Shown here: positions 58,601 to 64,000 of the stretch, piece by piece
How positions within the stretch are numbered: the stretch's first letter is position 1
How the letters are laid out: each line of letters opens with the position of its first letter
Assembly: GCF_036365525.1 (NCBI RefSeq)
Contig: NW_027141363.1
Location: 1,302,001-1,366,000 of the forward strand
DNA length: 64,000 bases
Direction: 5' to 3'
Origin: Heterodontus francisci
Taxonomy: Eukaryota
Notes under the pieces: model-generated
The model's input: only the letters and a program-made list of their open reading frames with translations
Database searches by the model: none
Told to the model about the DNA's origin: nothing
Program-made: the position numbers and the translations under genes

Positions 58601-61600
58601 GAACAGGAGGGAGAGAGACGCAGGAGAGTGAGGGAATCAGAGTGGAAGAGGAGGGATAGCTGGCTGTTAACACACTGCTGCTTGTGGGATCTTGACCTGC
58701 ACATTTCCTACATGACAAACAATGAGAACACTTTAAAATTCAGCTTCCTGAGGGTCTGAGTGTGGATTCCTTGGTGTTTTTAACAAGAATTCTCTGAATC
58801 TGAGGGTGAAATGAAACATACGGCAGCCATTTTAGCTTGAGTCAGTTCGCAGAGTGGATTTCTCTCTCTGAGTGAGAGGAACAGGAGGGAGAGAGACGCA
58901 GGAGACTGAGGGAATCAGAAGGGGAGAGGAGGGATTGCTGGCTGTCATCATTTTGCTTCTTTTGGGATCTTGCTGTGTACAAATAGCCTGCAGAATTTTC
59001 CTAAATGACAACAATGAGAACACTTTAAAATTCAGCTTCCTGAGGGTCTGAGTGTGGATTCCTGGGTGTTTTTAACAACACTTTTGTGAATCTGAGGGTG
59101 AAATGAAACATACGGCAGCCATTTTAGCTTGAGAGTCAGTTCGCAGAGTGGATTTCTCTCTCTGAGTGAGAGGAACAGGAGGGAGAGAGATGCAGGAGAG
59201 TGAGGGTGTCAGAGGGGGAGAGGAGGGATTGCTGGCTGTTATCACACTGCTGCTTGTGGGATCTTGCTGTGTACAAATAGTTTGCAGAATTTTCCTACAT
59301 GACAACAATGAGAACACTTTAAAATTCAGCTTCCTGAGGGACTGAGTGTGGATTCCTCAGTGTTTTTACAAGAATTTTGAGAATCTGAGGGTGAAATTAA
59401 ACATACGGCAGCCATTTTAGCTTGAGAGTGAGTTCGCAGAGTGGATTTCTCTCTCTGAGTGAGAGGAAAAGGAGGGAGAGAGATGCAGGAGAGTGAGGGA
59501 ATCAGAAGGGGAGAGGAGGGATTGCTGGCTGTTATCATTTTGCTTCTTTTGGGATCTTGCTGTGAACAAATGCCCTGCACAATTTTCCTACATGACAACA
59601 ATGAGGACACTTTAAAATTCAGCTTCCTGAGGGTCTGAGTGTGGATTCCTTGGAGTTTTTACAAGAATTTTGTGAATCTGAGGGTGAAATGAAATGTACG
59701 GCAGCCATTTTAGCTTGAGAGTCAGTTCGCAGAGTGGATTTCTCTCACTGAGTGAGACAAAGAAAAGGGAGAGAGATGCAGGAGAGTGAGGGAATCAGAA
59801 GGGGAGAGGAGGGATAGCTGGCTGTTATCATTTTGCTTCTTTTGGGATCTTGCTGTGTACAAATAGCCTGCACAATTTTCCTACATGACAACAATGAGAA
59901 CACTTTAAAATTCAGCTTCCTGAGGGTCTGAGTGTGGATTCCTGGGTGTTTTTAAAAGAATTCTCTGAATCTGAGGGTGAAATGAAACATACGGCAGCCA
60001 TTTTAGCTTGAGAGTCAGTTTGCAGAGTGGATTTCTCTCTCTCTCTGAGTGAGAGGAACAGGCAGGAGAGTGAGGGAATCAGAGGGAGAGAGGAGGGATA
60101 GCTGGCAGTTATCACACTGCTGCTTGTGGGATCTTGCTGTGTACAAATGCCCTGCACATTTCCTACATGACAACAATGAGAACACTTTAAAATTCAGCTT
60201 CCTGAGGGTCTGAGTGTGGATTCCTTGGAGTTTTTACAAGAATTTTCTGAATCTGAGGGTGAAATGAAACATCCGGCAGCCATTTTAGCTTGAGAGTCAG
60301 TTCGCAGAGTGGATTTCTCGATGAGTGAGAGGAACAGGAGGGAGAGAGATGCAGGAGAGTGAGGGAATCAGAAGGGGAGAGGAGGGATTGCTGGCTGTTA
60401 TCACACTGCTGCTTTTGGGATCTTGCTGTGTACAAATGCCCTGAACATTTCCTACATGACAACAATGAGAACACTTTAAAATTCAGCTTCCTGAGGGTCT
60501 GAGTGTGGATTCCTGGGTGTTTTTAACAACACTTTTGTGAATCTGAGGGTGAAATGAAACATACGGCAGCCATTTTAGCTTGAGAGTCAGTTCGCAGAGT
60601 GGATTTCTCACTCTGAGTGAGAGGAACAGGAGGGAGAGAGACGCAGGAGAGTGAGGGAATCAGAGCGGGAGAGGGGGGATAGCTGGCTGCGATCAGACTG
60701 CTGCTTGTGGGATCTTGCTGTGTACAAAAGCCCTGAACATTTCCTTCATGACAACAATGACAACACTTTAAAATTTAGCTTCCTGAGGGTCTGAGTGTGG
60801 ATTCCTTGGTGTTTTTACCAGAATTTTCTGAATCTGAGCGTGAAATGAAACATACGGCAGCCATTTTAGCTTGAGAGTGAGTTTGCAGAGTGGATTTCTC
60901 TCTCTGAGTGAGAGGAACAGGAGGGAGAGAGATGCAGGAGAGTGAGGAAATCAGAGTGGGAGAGGAGGGATAGCTGGCTGTTATCACACTGCTGCTTTTG
61001 GGATCTTGCTGTGTACAAATGCCCTGCACAATTTCCTACATGACAACAATGAGAACACTTTAAAATTCAGCTTCCTGAGGGTCTGAGTGTGGATTCCTTG
61101 GTGTTTTTCACAACAAATTTGTAAATCTGAGGGTGAAATGAAACATACGGCAGCCATTTTAGCTTGAGAGTGAGTTTGCAGAGTGGATTTCTCCCTCTCA
61201 GTGTGAGGAACAGGAGGGAGAGTGATGCAGGAGAGTGAGGGAATCAGAAGGGGAGAGGAGGGATTGCTGGCTGTTATCATTTTGCTTCTTTTGGGATCTT
61301 GCTGTGTACAAATAGCCTGCACAGTTTCCCTACATGACAACAATGAGGACACTTTAAAATTCAGCTTCCTGAGGGTCTGAGTGTGGATTCCTTGGTGTTT
61401 TTAACAACAAATTTGTAAATCTGAGGGTGAAATGAAACATACGGCAGCCATTTTAGCTTGAGAGTCAGTTCGCAGAGTGGATTTCTCTCTCTGAGTGAGA
61501 GGAACAGGAGGGAGAGAGACGCAGGAGACTGAGGGAATCAGAAGGGGAGAGGAGGGATTGCTGGCTGTTATCATTTTGCTTCTTTTGGGATCTTGCTGTG

Positions 61601-64000
61601 TACAAATAGCCTGCAGAATTTTCCTAAATGACAACAATGAGAACACTTTAAAATTCTGCTTCCTGAGGGTCTGAGTGTGGATTCCTGGGTGTTTTTAACA
61701 AGAATTCTCTGAATCTGAGGGTGAAATGAAACATACGGCAGCCATTTTAGCTTGAGAGTCAGTTCGCAGAGTGGATTTCTCGCCCTCTCTGAGTGAGACG
61801 GACAGGCAGGAGAGTGAGGGAATCAGAGGGGGAGAGGAGGGATAGCTGCCTGTTATCACACTGCTGCTTTTGGGATCTTGCTGTGTACAAATGCCCTGAA
61901 CATTTCCTACATGACAACAATGAGAACACTTTAACATTCAGCTTCCTGAGGGTTTGAGTGTGGATTCCTCAGTGTTTTTATCAAGAATTTGGTAAATCTG
62001 AGGGTGACATGAAACATCCGGCAGCCATTTTAGCTTGAGAGTCAGTTCGCAGAGTGGATTTCTCTCCCTCTCTGAGTGAGATGAACAGGAGGGAGAGAGA
62101 CGCAGGAGAGTGAGGGAATCAGAAGGGGAGAGGAGGGATTGCTGGCTGTTATCATTTTACTTCTTTTGGGATCTTGCTGTGTACAAATAGCCTGAACAAA
62201 TTTCCTACATGACAACAATGAGAACACTTTAAAATTCAGCTTCCTGAGGGTCTGAGTGTGGATTCCTTGGTGTTTTTAACAACAATATTGTAAATCTGAG
62301 GGTGAAATGAAACATACGGCAGCCATTTTAGCTTGAGAGTCAGTTCGCAGAGTGGATTTCTCTCTCTGAGTGAGAGGAACAGGAGGGAGAGAGACGCAGG
62401 AGAGTGAGGGAATCAGAGTGGAAGAGGAGGGATAGCTGGCTGTTATCACACTGCTGCTTTTGGGATCTTGCTGTGCACAAATCTCCTGTTGCATTTCCTA
62501 CATGACAACAATGAGAACACTTTAAAATTCAGCTTCCTGAGGGTCTGAGTGTGGATTCCTTGGTGTTTTTAACAACAATTTTGTCAATCTGAGGGTGAAA
62601 TGAAACATACGGCAGCCATTTTAGCTTGAGAGTGTGTTCGCAGAGTGGATTTCTCCCTCTCAGTGTGAGGAACAGGAGGGAGAGAGACGCAGGAGAGTGA
62701 GGGAATCAGAGTGGAAGAGGAGGGATAGCTGGCTGTTAACACACTGCTGCTTTTGGGATCTTGCTGTGTACAAATGCCCTGCACAATTTCCCTACATGAC
62801 AACAATGAGAACACTTTAAAATTCTGCTTCCTGAGGGTCTGAGTGTGGATTCCTGGGTGTTTTTAACAAGAATTCTCTGAATCTGAGGGTGAAATGAAAC
62901 ATACGGCAGCCATTTTAGCTTGAGAGTGTGTTCGCAGAGTGGATTTCTCTCTCTGAGTGAGAGGAACAGGAGGGAGAGAGACGCAGGAGACTGAGGGAAT
63001 CAGAAGGGGAGAGGAGGGATTGCTGGCTGTCATCATTTTGCTGCTTTTGGGATCTTGCTGTGTACAAATAGTTTGCAGAATTTTCCTAAATGACAACAAT
63101 GAGAACACTTTAAAATTCATCTTCCTGAGGGTCTGAGTGTGGATTCCTGGGTGTTTTTAACAAGAATTCTCTGAATCTGAGGGTGAAATGAAACATACGG
63201 CAGCCATTTTAGCTTGAGAGTCAGTTCGCAGAGTGGATTTCTCGCCCTCTCTGAGTGAGACGGACAGGCAGGAGAGTGAGGGAATCAGAGGGGGAGAGGA
63301 GGGATAGCTGCCTGTTATCACACTGCTGCTTTTGGGATCTTGCTGTGTACAAATGCCCTGAACATTTCCTACATGACAACAATGAGAACACTTTAACATT
63401 CAGCTTCCTGAGGGTTTGAGTGTGGATTCCTCAGTGTTTTTATCAAGAATTTGGTAAATCTGAGGGTGACATGAAACATCCGGCAGCCATTTTAGCTTGA
63501 GAGTCAGTTCGCAGAGTGGATTTCTCTCTCTGAGTGAGAGGAACAGGAGGGAGAGAGATGCAGGAGAGTGAGGGTGTCAGAGGGGGAGAGGAGGGATTGC
63601 TGGCTGTTACCACACTGCTGCTTGTGGGATCTTGCTGTGTACAAATAGTTTGCAGAATTTTCCTACATGACAACAATGAGAACACTTTAAAATTCAGCTT
63701 CCTGAGGGTCTGAGTGTGGATTCCTCAGTGTTTTTACAAGAATTTTGAGAATCTGAGGGTGAAATTAAACATACGGCAGCCATTTTAGCTTGAGAGTCAG
63801 TTCGCAGAGTGGATTTCTCTCCCTCTCTGAGTGAGAGGAACAGGAGAGTGAGGGAATCAGAGAGGGAGAGGAGGGATAGCTGGCTGTTATCACACTGCTG
63901 CTTGTGGGATCTTGCCCTGCAAATTTCCTACATGACAACAATGAGAACACTTTAAAATTCAGCTTCCTGAGGGTCTGAGTGTGGATTCCTGGGTGTTTTA
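55684..64000 (+). repeat. ~290-bp satellite (unit 3, truncated)
   Basis: Monomer-for-monomer match with unit 1. Confidence 0.97.

Larger units (their letters stand above)
46306..64000 (+). repeat. Macrosatellite unit 3 (truncated by the window end)
   Basis: Same module order and near-identical sequence; one extra 29-mer. Confidence 0.97.

Noticed and set aside
3681-64000. D, J or C segments
   Set aside because: No GGTTTTTGT-12-CACTGTG signal, FGxG J motif or C1-set exon was recognised by eye.
6418-64000. rDNA, 5S, snRNA or histone gene tandem array
   Set aside because: Unit size is compatible, but no such coding sequence was recognised within the unit.

Overview
Vertebrate genomic DNA, almost certainly from an elasmobranch (shark or ray), judging by an HE1/V-SINE, HER1/CR1-type LINE fragments and Deu-domain SINE remnants. 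The first ~3.7 kb holds two intact T-cell-receptor V gene segments, most likely TCR-beta. Each has a 46-nt leader exon, a phase-1 intron, a V exon ending in CAA.. and an exact 23-RSS (CACAGCG-23-ACAAAAACC). A decayed leader-exon paralogue lies between them. After ~2.7 kb of retroelement debris, the rest of the window (~6.4 kb to the end) is a head-to-tail macrosatellite of ~20.3-kb, near-identical units (2 complete and 1 truncated) whose left edge lies inside a CR1 fragment. Each unit is an ordered composite: a GGAAATCATTAACC array, a CpG island with a 106-bp direct repeat, a 29-bp minisatellite (~42x), a 30-bp minisatellite (~39x), a GA/CA tract, a compact CCAAT/E2F/CRE/YY1 promoter-like cluster, a 29-33-bp minisatellite (~41x), and ~30 copies of a ~290-bp satellite carrying a DeuSINE-like segment and a YY1 motif. 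No D, J or C segment and no convincing long protein-coding ORF was found in the array; the long ORFs in the track are minisatellite read-throughs. Repeat-family names are from recalled consensus sequences, not database searches.
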